From positions 1,088,001 to 1,152,000 of the forward strand of contig CBDCTZ010000016.1 in NCBI GenBank assembly GCA_965222375.1: DNA of 64,000 nucleotides. The letters are read 5' to 3'. Positions 1 to 16,782 of the stretch are shown in pieces (within the stretch, counting starts at the first letter, position 1; every line of letters starts with the position of its first letter). This DNA comes from Polyangiaceae bacterium. Lineage in GTDB: Bacteria > Myxococcota_A > Polyangia > Polyangiales > Polyangiaceae. The notes under the pieces are model-generated. The model searched no databases. It saw only the letters and a list, made by a program, of their open reading frames with translations, and was not told where the DNA came from. Both the position numbers and the translations under genes were made by a program.

Positions 1-68
1 AGGCGCCAGACGGAAAGTTCGGTTCGCTGAAGGGCAAAGCCCCAACGCACCACGGAGCGAAGAAGACA

Positions 69-1259
<1,191 letters not shown>

Positions 1260-1262
1260 CCC

Positions 1263-1436
1263 GTGGTTCGAAAAGAGGGTGCTTCCCTCCGCGCGCGAGT
1301 CGCTCTGAGTTGCGAGCAATGCAAGGCCCGCAATTACAAGGCGACCCGGCCCCAGCGAGATGGAAGCACTCCTCTAGAACTCAAGAAATTCTGCAAGCAC
1401 TGCAAAGCACACACAATCCACAGAGAATCGAAGTGA
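1263..1436 (+). CDS. rpmG: 50S ribosomal protein L33, zinc-ribbon (C+) type; not in ORF track
   Basis: Manual translation from GTG 1263: MVRKEGASLRARVALSCEQCKARNYK...LELKKFCKHCKAHTIHRESK*; two CxxC pairs; canonical tuf-rpmG-secE position. Start codon uncertain. Confidence 0.92.
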   Translation: MVRKEGASLRARVALSCEQCKARNYKATRPQRDGSTPLELKKFCKHCKAHTIHRESK

Positions 1437-1468
1437 AATAGCGAGCACTCCACCTTGGGTGCTCATTC

Positions 1469-1541
1469 AGGGGCGTAGCTCAGTTGGTAGAGCAGCGGAT
1501 TCCAAATCCGCGGGCCGGGAGTTCGAGTCTCTCCGCCCCTG
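1469..1541 (+). tRNA. tRNA-Trp (anticodon CCA); 3' CCA not encoded
   Basis: Acceptor stem AGGGGCG/CGCCCCT, D arm GCTCAGTTGGTAGAGC, anticodon arm GCGGA-TTCCAAA-TCCGC, T loop GTTCGAGT; usual position before secE. Confidence 0.97.
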
Positions 1542-1574
1542 CCCGGAGGAACCTCCGCCGCGAGAAATCGACCG

Positions 1575-2309
1575 ATGACCAAGAAGGAAACAGACGACAG
1601 CGAAGAGCTCGACACGGAAAGCGAAGATCGCGATTCCGTGGACGAAACCGACGCGGCGGACGACGCTGCGGAGGGCTCCGTGCGCGCGTCAGATTCCGAC
1701 GAGGACGAGGACGAAGACGACGCGGACGAGGACGACACTGACTCGGACGACGACGCCGATGAAGACGGTGCCGACGACGACGCGGATGATTCCGACGAGG
1801 AAGACGACGCGGAGAAGCAATTCCACGCGGCCGCGGCCGACAAGGCCGTGAACAGGGCTGCGGCTCCCACGGGGGAGAGCGAAGTTCCGACGCACCTCGG
1901 TGCCGCGCAGAAGTACGTGCATGCCGCCTTCTTCGCTTCCGGCATTCTGGTCGCCTATCTGTCTGGCAAGATCCTGCAGGCCGCGTGGAACGAGATTGCG
2001 GAATGGCCGGCAGCCGTGCGCGCCGTTCCCTTCCTGCTGCGCTTCGCAGAAGACGATCGCGCAAACTACACGCTACTCGCCGGTGCTCTCATCGGCGTGA
2101 TTGCTGTCATTCAAACGTATCGCAAAGAAGCAATTCGGCAGTGGGCCAACGACGTGGCGGGCGAGCTCGCTAAAGTGACTTGGCCCAACAAGGACACGGT
2201 GACGAACGGCACGGTGGTCGTAGTGATCGCCACCCTCATCTCCACCACCTATATCGGCCTGCTGGATCGCTTGTGGGGATTCTTGACCAACCTGGTGTAC
2301 GGCGCATGA
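1575..2309 (+). CDS. secE: Preprotein translocase SecE with a long acidic N-terminal extension
   Basis: C-terminal ELAKVTWP motif followed by a TM helix; two further TM segments; lies between tRNA-Trp and nusG. Confidence 0.93.
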   Translation: MTKKETDDSEELDTESEDRDSVDETDAADDAAEGSVRASDSDEDEDEDDADEDDTDSDDDADEDGADDDADDSDEEDDAEKQFHAAAADKAVNRAAAPTGESEVPTHLGAAQKYVHAAFFASGILVAYLSGKILQAAWNEIAEWPAAVRAVPFLLRFAEDDRANYTLLAGALIGVIAVIQTYRKEAIRQWANDVAGELAKVTWPNKDTVTNGTVVVVIATLISTTYIGLLDRLWGFLTNLVYGA

Positions 2310-2998
2310 ACGAACCGGAAACAGAAAACGTGACCACCCAAGGTAATGGGTCTGGCGACACAGCCACGCCGAGCGACGCTCCGGCAGAAGCGACGGTGGA
2401 GGGCGAAGTGCAAGCCACTGAAGCCGAGCTACCCGAAGGGGAAGCGGGCGAGGCTGTGCCGAAGAACCCTGACTTCAAATGGTACGTGGCGACGACCTAC
2501 TCGGGCTTCGAGAACAAGGTCAAAGCGGCCTTGGCTGAACGAATCCGCCAGCATCGGGCCGAAGACAAGTTTGGGGAAATCCTGATCCCGAGCGAGTCGG
2601 TCACGGAGCAGACGAAGACTGGCAAAACCCGCGTCAAGACCAAGACCAGCTTCCCTGGCTACGTCTTCGTCGAGATGTTGATGAACGAGAACACCTGGCA
2701 CCTGGTCAAGGACACACCCAAGGTGACTGGTTTCATCGGCAATCAGCGTCCCCAAGAGGTCAAGCCGCCTCACATCGAGGATTTGCGCCGAGGCATCACC
2801 GAGGGTGCCGTCAAGCCCAAGCCCCGCCATCGCTTCCAAGAGGGCGACGAAGTGCGCGTGGTCGTGGGCGCATTCGCGAACTTTTCCGGCACGGTCCAGG
2901 AAGTGAAGCCGGACAAACAAAAGCTCAAGGTCATGGTCAGCATCTTCGGCCGACCCACCCCTGTCGAGCTCGACTTCTCCCACGTGGAGAAACGCTAA
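2306..2998 (+). CDS. nusG: Transcription termination/antitermination factor NusG
   Basis: [27 protein letters not shown] motif, [13 protein letters not shown] 2306 overlaps the secE stop (ATGA). Confidence 0.97.
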   Translation: MNEPETENVTTQGNGSGDTATPSDAPAEATVEGEVQATEAELPEGEAGEAVPKNPDFKWYVATTYSGFENKVKAALAERIRQHRAEDKFGEILIPSESVTEQTKTGKTRVKTKTSFPGYVFVEMLMNENTWHLVKDTPKVTGFIGNQRPQEVKPPHIEDLRRGITEGAVKPKPRHRFQEGDEVRVVVGAFANFSGTVQEVKPDKQKLKVMVSIFGRPTPVELDFSHVEKR

Positions 2999-3034
2999 AA
3001 CCGGGCGCCGCCCCGCTGAACGAGAGTCAAACCG

Positions 3035-3484
3035 ATGGCTGCCTCCAAGAAAAAGATCTCAGGTTTCATCAAGCTGCAACTGCCTGCCGGCAAGGCCAAC
3101 CCCTCGCCGCCAGTCGGTCCCGCGTTGGGCCAGCACGGCGTCAACATCATGGGGTTCTGCAAGGACTTCAACGCTCGCAGCGCCAAGCTCGGCGACACGA
3201 TCTTGCCGGTCGTGATCACTGTATACGCAGACCGCTCCTACACCTTCATCATGAAGCAGCCGCCGGCGAGCGTGCTGGTGAAGAAGGCCGCTGGGCTGCC
3301 CACTTCGAAGAAGCCGGGTGCCGGGTCCAAGGAGCCGAACAAGATCAAGGTCGGCAAGCTGACCTGGGATCAAGTTCGCGAAGTCGCGAAAGAGAAGATG
3401 CAGGACATGAATACGACCGATATCGAAGCGGCCGCTCGCAGCATTGCGGGTACCGCTCGAAGCATGGGGGTCGACGTCCGCTGA
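3035..3484 (+). CDS. rplK: 50S ribosomal protein L11
   Basis: [35 protein letters not shown]. Confidence 0.99.
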   Translation: MAASKKKISGFIKLQLPAGKANPSPPVGPALGQHGVNIMGFCKDFNARSAKLGDTILPVVITVYADRSYTFIMKQPPASVLVKKAAGLPTSKKPGAGSKEPNKIKVGKLTWDQVREVAKEKMQDMNTTDIEAAARSIAGTARSMGVDVR

Positions 3485-3543
3485 AACTTACTGGAACGGC
3501 GGTTTCACTTCCGAAACTCGGCGCTCTCCAGGAGCCAAAAAAC

Positions 3544-4260
3544 ATGGCGAAGAAACAACCAAAAAAGAGACAGGAAGCGCTCGCGAAGATTGATCGTGAC
3601 AAGCGCTACACCGTCGAGGAGGCAGTCGGCCTGGTCAAGGGCGCTGCCTACGCGAAGTTCAAGGAAAGCGTGGACATTGCGGTACGCCTCGGCGTCAACC
3701 CCAAGCACGCGGATCAAATGGTCCGTGGCGCAATCATGCTGCCAAACGGCACGGGCAAGAGCGTTCGCGTTCTCGTCTTCGCCCGCGGCGACAAAGAGAA
3801 GGAAGCGCTCGCAGCGGGCGCGGACTTCGCAGGTGCCGACGAGCTCGTCAAGAAGGTCCAAGAGGGCTTCATGGACTTCGACCGCGTCATTGCCACACCG
3901 GACATGATGGGTCAGGTCGGCAAGCTAGGTCGAGTCTTGGGTCCCCGGGGCCTGATGCCGAACCCCAAGGTAGGAACCGTCACTGTGGACGTGACCAATG
4001 CGGTCAAGGAAGCCAAGGCGGGCAAGGTCGAGTATCGCGTGGACAAGGCCGGCGTCGTGCACTGCCGGATTGGCCAAGTGACCTTCGAGCCGGATGCGCT
4101 GGCAGCCAATGCCCACGCCCTGGTTCGTGAGCTCGTCGTGCGCAAGCCTGCGACCGCCAAGGGCATCTATCTGCGCAGCATCACGCTATCCAGCACCATG
4201 GGCCCCGGCATTCGCGTCGATACGGGCTCCGTGTCGTCTACAGCCGAGGAGGCGCACTGA
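3544..4260 (+). CDS. rplA: 50S ribosomal protein L1
   Basis: [35 protein letters not shown]. Confidence 0.99.
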   Translation: MAKKQPKKRQEALAKIDRDKRYTVEEAVGLVKGAAYAKFKESVDIAVRLGVNPKHADQMVRGAIMLPNGTGKSVRVLVFARGDKEKEALAAGADFAGADELVKKVQEGFMDFDRVIATPDMMGQVGKLGRVLGPRGLMPNPKVGTVTVDVTNAVKEAKAGKVEYRVDKAGVVHCRIGQVTFEPDALAANAHALVRELVVRKPATAKGIYLRSITLSSTMGPGIRVDTGSVSSTAEEAH

Positions 4261-4784
4261 TGTTGCGCGAGCGTAAGACCGAGCAAATCGGCGAGATCAA
4301 AGAGCGCTTCGACCAGATGAGCTCGGCGGTCTTCGTGGATTACTCCGGAATGACCGTGGAAGAGGTCAGCAAGTTGCGTGACCATTTCCGCACCAAGGGC
4401 GTGCTCTACCGAGTGGTGAAAAACACCTTGGTCAAGAAGGCCCTGGGCGACGGCATGGCTCCAGGCATGGACGACGTGCTCAAGGGCATGACGGGTGTGG
4501 CGTGGAGCTTTGAAGAGCCCAGCGCCGCAGCACGAGTCGTCAAGGCATTCCGCAAGGAAAACGAGAAGCTCAAGATCAAAGCTGGGCTCCTCGACGGCAC
4601 GGTCCTCGATGCGAAGGCCGTGGAAAACCAGCTTGCACTTCTCCCCAGCAAGGACGAAGCGCGCGCAACCCTGTTGGCGACACTCATGGCGCCGGCACAA
4701 CAGTTGGTGATGTTGCTCAACGCCCCCGCGCAGAACTTCGCGGGCCTGCTCGCCGCAAAACAACGGCAAGCCGAGGGTGGTTGA
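4260..4784 (+). CDS. rplJ: 50S ribosomal protein L10
   Basis: DYSGMTV..LR, VVKNTL, LPSKDE; TGATG overlap with rplA. Confidence 0.97.
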   Translation: MLRERKTEQIGEIKERFDQMSSAVFVDYSGMTVEEVSKLRDHFRTKGVLYRVVKNTLVKKALGDGMAPGMDDVLKGMTGVAWSFEEPSAAARVVKAFRKENEKLKIKAGLLDGTVLDAKAVENQLALLPSKDEARATLLATLMAPAQQLVMLLNAPAQNFAGLLAAKQRQAEGG

Positions 4785-4877
4785 GTTTCTAGTTTTGGAT
4801 TTTTTTGATTTTCGGCGCGGGTGACAAGCCCACGGCGATTGATAGCTCAAGCCTCATGAGGCAAGACGGAGATAAAA

Positions 4878-5258
4878 ATGGCTGAGATTACTAAGGATCA
4901 GGTGGTCGATTACCTTTCCAACCTACCGGTCATCCAGATCGCGGAGTTGGTGAAGGAGCTCGAGGACAAGTGGGGCGTTAGCGCGGCACCGGTGGCCGTC
5001 GCAGGCGCTGCTGCTCCGGCCGAGGGCGGAGCTGCTGCAGAGGAGCAGACGGAGTTCGACGTCATCTTGGCGGAGGCCGGTGCAAGCAAGATCAACGTGA
5101 TCAAAGCAGTACGCGAAATCACCGGACTCGGACTGAAGGAGGCCAAGGACCTCGTCGAGGGTGCGCCCAAGGCGATCAAGGAAGCCGTCTCCAAGGAAGA
5201 GTGTGAAGAGGTCAAGAAGAAGCTCGAAGCAGCTGGCGCCAAGGTCGAGGTCAAGTGA
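4878..5258 (+). CDS. rplL: 50S ribosomal protein L7/L12
   Basis: [34 protein letters not shown]. Confidence 0.99.
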   Translation: MAEITKDQVVDYLSNLPVIQIAELVKELEDKWGVSAAPVAVAGAAAPAEGGAAAEEQTEFDVILAEAGASKINVIKAVREITGLGLKEAKDLVEGAPKAIKEAVSKEECEEVKKKLEAAGAKVEVK

Positions 5259-5365
5259 GGCGATGGGCTGGTCGTTTGGAGCGGGAGTTCCGCTCCGGCG
5301 TCTGCCCTGAATAGAGCGTTTACTTGACTCGAATCCAAGAGTGTTTGCCCGCAAATTGCGAGCGT

Positions 5366-5420
5366 GACGGTGACGACGCCCCACGAAGGGTGAGGTGCGT
5401 CGTCAGCGTCGTTTTGTTTT
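5366..5420 (+). terminator. Putative intrinsic terminator/attenuator between rplL and rpoB
   Basis: Stem GACGGTGACGACGC...GCGTCGTCAGCGTC followed by GTTTTGTTTT, directly before the rpoB RBS (GAGGAG). Confidence 0.55.
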
Positions 5421-5431
5421 GAGGAGCGATC

Positions 5432-9568
<4,137 letters not shown>

Positions 9569-9600
9569 TTCGGTAATCGTGAGTATCGGAGGCCTTTATC

Positions 9601-13863
<4,263 letters not shown>

Positions 13864-13885
13864 GCACTCCGTCAAGTTGTGCTCA

Positions 13886-13926
13886 GCGCGGGATTCGGCT
13901 CAGCCGAGTCCCGCGTTTCTCTTTTG
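13886..13926 (+). terminator. Rho-independent terminator after rpoC
   Basis: GCGCGGGATTCGGC-TCA-GCCGAGTCCCGCGT stem followed by TTCTCTTTTG. Confidence 0.85.
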
Positions 13927-13931
13927 TTACG

Positions 13932-14108
13932 GATTGTTTTTTGGGGTCGGGTCATTGGGGCACGGGGGGCCACTACTCTCGACATGGGCCAGGCGTTGGC
14001 CTGGGTGCGAGCTTCGCGGGCGTGGGCGCAGGCGTGTGCGTGGGCGCGAGGGCGTGCGCGGGCGTGGGCGTGAGGGCGAGCGCGGGCGCGAGAGTGAGCG
14101 AACCGTTG
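13932..14108 (+). repeat. Left copy of a degenerate ~180-200 bp repeat element containing a GGGCGY hexamer tract
   Basis: Order of parts: GATTGTTTTTTGGGGTCG, 23 nt, CTACTCTCGACATGGG, period-6 G(G/A/T)GCG(C/T) tract, GAACCGTTG. Same architecture recurs inverted at 24266-24474. Confidence 0.6.
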
Positions 14109-14128
14109 GCGGCGCGACTTCGCCGTCG

Positions 14129-14150
14129 TACTACTCGTACTCGTACTCGT
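14129..14150 (+). repeat. TACTCG hexamer microsatellite
   Basis: TACTACTCGTACTCGTACTCGT. Confidence 0.85.
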
Positions 14151-14180
14151 AGTGGATCGTCCTCCGCTGGTGAACTTGAT

Positions 14181-14301
14181 TCTGCCGTCGTGCTCGGCGG
14201 TGTCCAGGCCGGAGCCGGCTTCGCCGGTGGCTGCTTCGCAGCCAGCCTGGACTCCGCCTGTCCCCCGTCGGGGATTCCCCAGGGCCTCGCGCGCCGGCGG
14301 G
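14181..14301 (+). repeat. Structured repeat unit 1 (three-way junction; candidate structured RNA)
   Basis: Stem GGCGGTGTCCAGGC/GCCTGGACTCCGCC encloses hairpins CCGGC-TTC-GCCGG and TGGCTGC-TTC-GCAGCCA; direct repeat of unit 2 at a 185 bp offset. Confidence 0.75.
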
Positions 14302-14365
14302 CGTGAGAGCGTGGGTGGGCGTGAGAGTGGCGGTGAACGTTTGCTTTCCTCTTGGTGAGTTTGAT

Positions 14366-14459
14366 TCTGCCGGCGTGCTCGGTCAGTTCAAGGCCTTCGC
14401 CGGCTTCGCCGGTGGCTGCTTTGCAGCCAGCCTTGAGCTGACCTCTGCGCGCCGGCGGA
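14366..14459 (+). repeat. Structured repeat unit 2 (three-way junction; candidate structured RNA)
   Basis: Stem GGTCAGTTCAAGGC/GCCTTGAGCTGACC encloses CCGGC-TTC-GCCGG and TGGCTGC-TTT-GCAGCCA; outer stem TCTGCCGGCGTGC/GCGCGCCGGCGGA. Confidence 0.75.
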
Positions 14460-14512
14460 TGGGTGGGTGTGTTCTTGGGATCGCTCGGAAGGGCGCGGAA
14501 AGGAAATCACCC

Positions 14513-14836
14513 ATGCTACGTATCTATCCAGTCTGTATTGAAGTGTCTCGGTTGGTTCGACCTTTGGCGGATCGGGTGGCGCAGTTTGATCGTGCTCAGG
14601 CGCTGCAGTTGCGGAAGTCTTGCGGGGCTATCATCAACAACGTGGCGGAAGGCTCGGGGCTCAGAGCGGGGCGGCGAAGGCTCGCCTACGAAATCGCCCT
14701 GGGCGAGGCTCGCGAGACGCTCGCGAATCTCGAGGCGGCTGCAGCCATGGACTACGTCCCAGCCATCGCTCCAGAACTGAGGGCGCGCTTCAATCACATC
14801 ATCGGCACGTTGGTTCGAATCGTCCACCCGACCTGA
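14513..14836 (+). CDS. Four-helix-bundle protein (23S rRNA intervening-sequence protein / Avd-like family)
   Basis: 107 aa from ATG 14513 (upstream AAGGA); QLRKSCGAIINNVAEGSG and YEIALGEARET resemble the family pattern QLRRA..SI..NIAEG / F..IA.GS..E. Confidence 0.8.
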   Translation: MLRIYPVCIEVSRLVRPLADRVAQFDRAQALQLRKSCGAIINNVAEGSGLRAGRRRLAYEIALGEARETLANLEAAAAMDYVPAIAPELRARFNHIIGTLVRIVHPT

Positions 14837-14919
14837 GTGCGGGGCGCGAAAGCGGCTGCACCAGGTTGCGCTCTCGCGTTCATACTGTGTGAGCGCGGAG
14901 CGCTCGCTTGGGGCGGAAG

Positions 14920-14968
14920 CAGGCGCGAGCTTCGCGTGCGTGGGCGCGAAGGCGAGCGCGGGCGTGAG
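14920..14968 (+). repeat. GGGCGY hexamer tract, repeating the 14007-14098 motif
   Basis: GCGAGCTTCGCGTGCGTGGGCGC repeats GCGAGCTTCGCGGGCGTGGGCGC at ~14007; ends GGCGAGCGCGGGCGTGAG. Confidence 0.7.
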
Positions 14969-14993
14969 CTTATAAGTCTAACTTAGACATAAG
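14969..14993. promoter_or_regulatory. AT-rich palindrome, putative toxin-antitoxin operator
   Basis: GTCTAA-C-TTAGAC flanked by CTTAT/ATAAG immediately before the antitoxin ATG; type II TA operons typically autorepress at such palindromes. Confidence 0.55.
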
Positions 14994-14995
14994 AT

Positions 14996-15295
14996 ATGTC
15001 CTGGAAGGTTGGCGCTGCGAAACAGCAGTTTTCGGAAGTGCTGCGCCGCGCTGCGGAGGAGCCTCAGCTCATCCATAATCGGGATCGGCTCGTGGGTGTG
15101 GTGCTCGGGCCGGAAGACACGGCGCTGTTCCTAGCTTGGCGCGAGCGCAAGCAGGCGGCGTTGGTGGAGTCCTTGCGCGAAGCGCGCACGATCTGTTCTG
15201 AGGAGCGCTACTCCTTCAGGCCGCCGCCACGCAGCGATCGCGAAAACCCGACGCTCCGAGTCGCAGATGCTCGTGGACACAAACGTCATAAGTGA
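14996..15295 (+). CDS. Phd/YefM-family antitoxin
   Basis: N-terminus WKVGAAKQQFSEVLRRAAEEPQLIHNRDRLVGVV fits the Phd fold; directly upstream of a PIN toxin. Confidence 0.85.
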   Translation: MSWKVGAAKQQFSEVLRRAAEEPQLIHNRDRLVGVVLGPEDTALFLAWRERKQAALVESLREARTICSEERYSFRPPPRSDRENPTLRVADARGHKRHK

Positions 15296-15659
15296 GCTGA
15301 TGCGCCCGAACCCGAGCGGCGTAGTGCTGGCTTGGGCGGAGCGCCAGGAGGATTTCAGTTTGAGTGTGATCTGCCTGGAAGAGATCGTGTTCGGCCTGCA
15401 AGCGCGTTCCAGTCCACGACTGTCAAAGTGGTTCGACGAATTCGTCGCGAACCACTGCGAGCTTCTACCTGTCACCGCCGCAGTTGCCCGCCGTTGCGCA
15501 ACGCTTCGCGGGCAGTTGCGTGCTCGCGGCCAGCAGCGCACCCAGGCAGACGGACTGATCGCCGCGACTGCATACGAGTATGGACTTGCGCTGGCAACCC
15601 GCAATGTCCGGGACTTCGAGGGCTGTGGGATCCCCCTCTTGAACCCTTTCGAAGGCTAG
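15267..15659 (+). CDS. vapC: VapC-family PIN-domain toxin
   Basis: MLVDTNVISEL, EI..G, DGLIAATA, LATRNVRDF, NPF. Confidence 0.93.
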   Translation: MLVDTNVISELMRPNPSGVVLAWAERQEDFSLSVICLEEIVFGLQARSSPRLSKWFDEFVANHCELLPVTAAVARRCATLRGQLRARGQQRTQADGLIAATAYEYGLALATRNVRDFEGCGIPLLNPFEG

Positions 15660-15754
15660 CCTGGGATTTCGAGCCGACGCGCAGAAGGCACGACGCGCGG
15701 GCACGAGCTGCCCGTTGGCGCGAGCGTCCGCCCGCGCAAGCACCGCATGAGGTC

Positions 15755-15780
15755 GCACTCGTATTCGTACTCGTACGCAC
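15755..15780 (+). repeat. Second TACTCG-type tract
   Basis: GCACTCGTATTCGTACTCGTACGCAC. Confidence 0.7.
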
Positions 15781-15965
15781 CCGACCGGGCTCGAGAGAGG
15801 CCCCATGCTCGGAGCGTGTACGGTTCCCAGTCGCGCTCGTAGTGCGGATCATGCACGGCCCAGGCCCCACCGCTTTGGGCTGCCAATTTCAATTCTTCGA
15901 GCGTAGTATCGTTTTCACGCGGCTCAGACAACCACCTCATCCACCTGAGATTCGCGCGGAGGCAG

Positions 15966-16433
15966 ATGGGCCGATTTGGACGCAAGCTGGCTCGCCAGCA
16001 TCAACCGAAACCAATTGCGACGGAGTTTGTCAAGCCGATCGAACGCTTGAGACAATCAACCATTGACGCCGAAGATCTCGACGAGCCATGGAGTCTGTTT
16101 CATGACGAGCTCGTGCCGACGCCGGGTTTTCAAATGGCTGGCGCCCGAGCCAAGAACCCAACCCTCGCCCAGGTGATTCAGGCCAGCGCGCAGCGCGTGG
16201 ATTCCAGCTGCACGGTGAATAGGACTCTGATGATCCAACTCGGTGACCTCTGGCACGGCATGGCAGAAAGCTCCTCCGGCCCGGTCGTGTTCTACTACTT
16301 CGAAACGCAGGACATCGGTCTGCTCGGGTTCCTGGGAAAGAGCGGCTCGCGCCTGGTTCGGTTTTCGGTGGTCGCCCTTGACGAGCCGACACCGGGCGGG
16401 CTCGGCGGCGCTGGCGACCCCGGAGCTGCATGA
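15966..16433 (+). CDS. Hypothetical protein
   Basis: GGAGG RBS before the ATG; globular composition (WHG, VFYYFE..DIGL, RFS). Confidence 0.7.
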   Translation: MGRFGRKLARQHQPKPIATEFVKPIERLRQSTIDAEDLDEPWSLFHDELVPTPGFQMAGARAKNPTLAQVIQASAQRVDSSCTVNRTLMIQLGDLWHGMAESSSGPVVFYYFETQDIGLLGFLGKSGSRLVRFSVVALDEPTPGGLGGAGDPGAA

Positions 16434-16701
16434 GTGGTTGTCTTCTCGACCATGACGAGCTCTACGAGGTTTTGGCTAGGGCTCCCGCGTACAACTAGAG
16501 AAAGAACCGAAGCGTTGGATCTCCAACGCTTCCTCGAGAGTCACGGGTCTGCCAACCGCACGGTGCGCGACTGTGGGATAGCCACCGACACCGGCTGCGC
16601 GATCTCATACCACCACGCCGCCGCACCTGGAGCGCCTCAGTTCCGAGTGGTAGGCTTCAGTCCACACTTGGGGAGAATCGCAATGAAGTGGCACACGATT
16701 A

Positions 16702-16733
16702 GCACGCACGCACGCATGCACGCACGCACGCAC
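16702..16733 (+). repeat. Tetranucleotide simple sequence repeat (GCAC)3 GCAT (GCAC)4
   Basis: Read directly; lies between RBS-preceded ATG 16683 and the signal-peptide-coding frame of the next gene. Confidence 0.9.
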
Positions 16734-16782
16734 TTGGCCTCGTGCTGACCCACTCCGAGCTGCGGCGTTTCTGCTGACGACC

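Noticed and set aside
14169..14460. CRISPR array or coding repeat (ORF 14303 extension, ORF 13350)
   Set aside because: Only two long units, no repeat-spacer periodicity, no cas genes; the translated frames are low-complexity and the changes conserve base pairing.
14513..14836. Diversity-generating retroelement suggested by the Avd-like fold
   Set aside because: No reverse transcriptase and no TR/VR pair differing at adenines seen in the window; the 185-bp-offset duplicates differ by compensatory changes, not A-specific ones.
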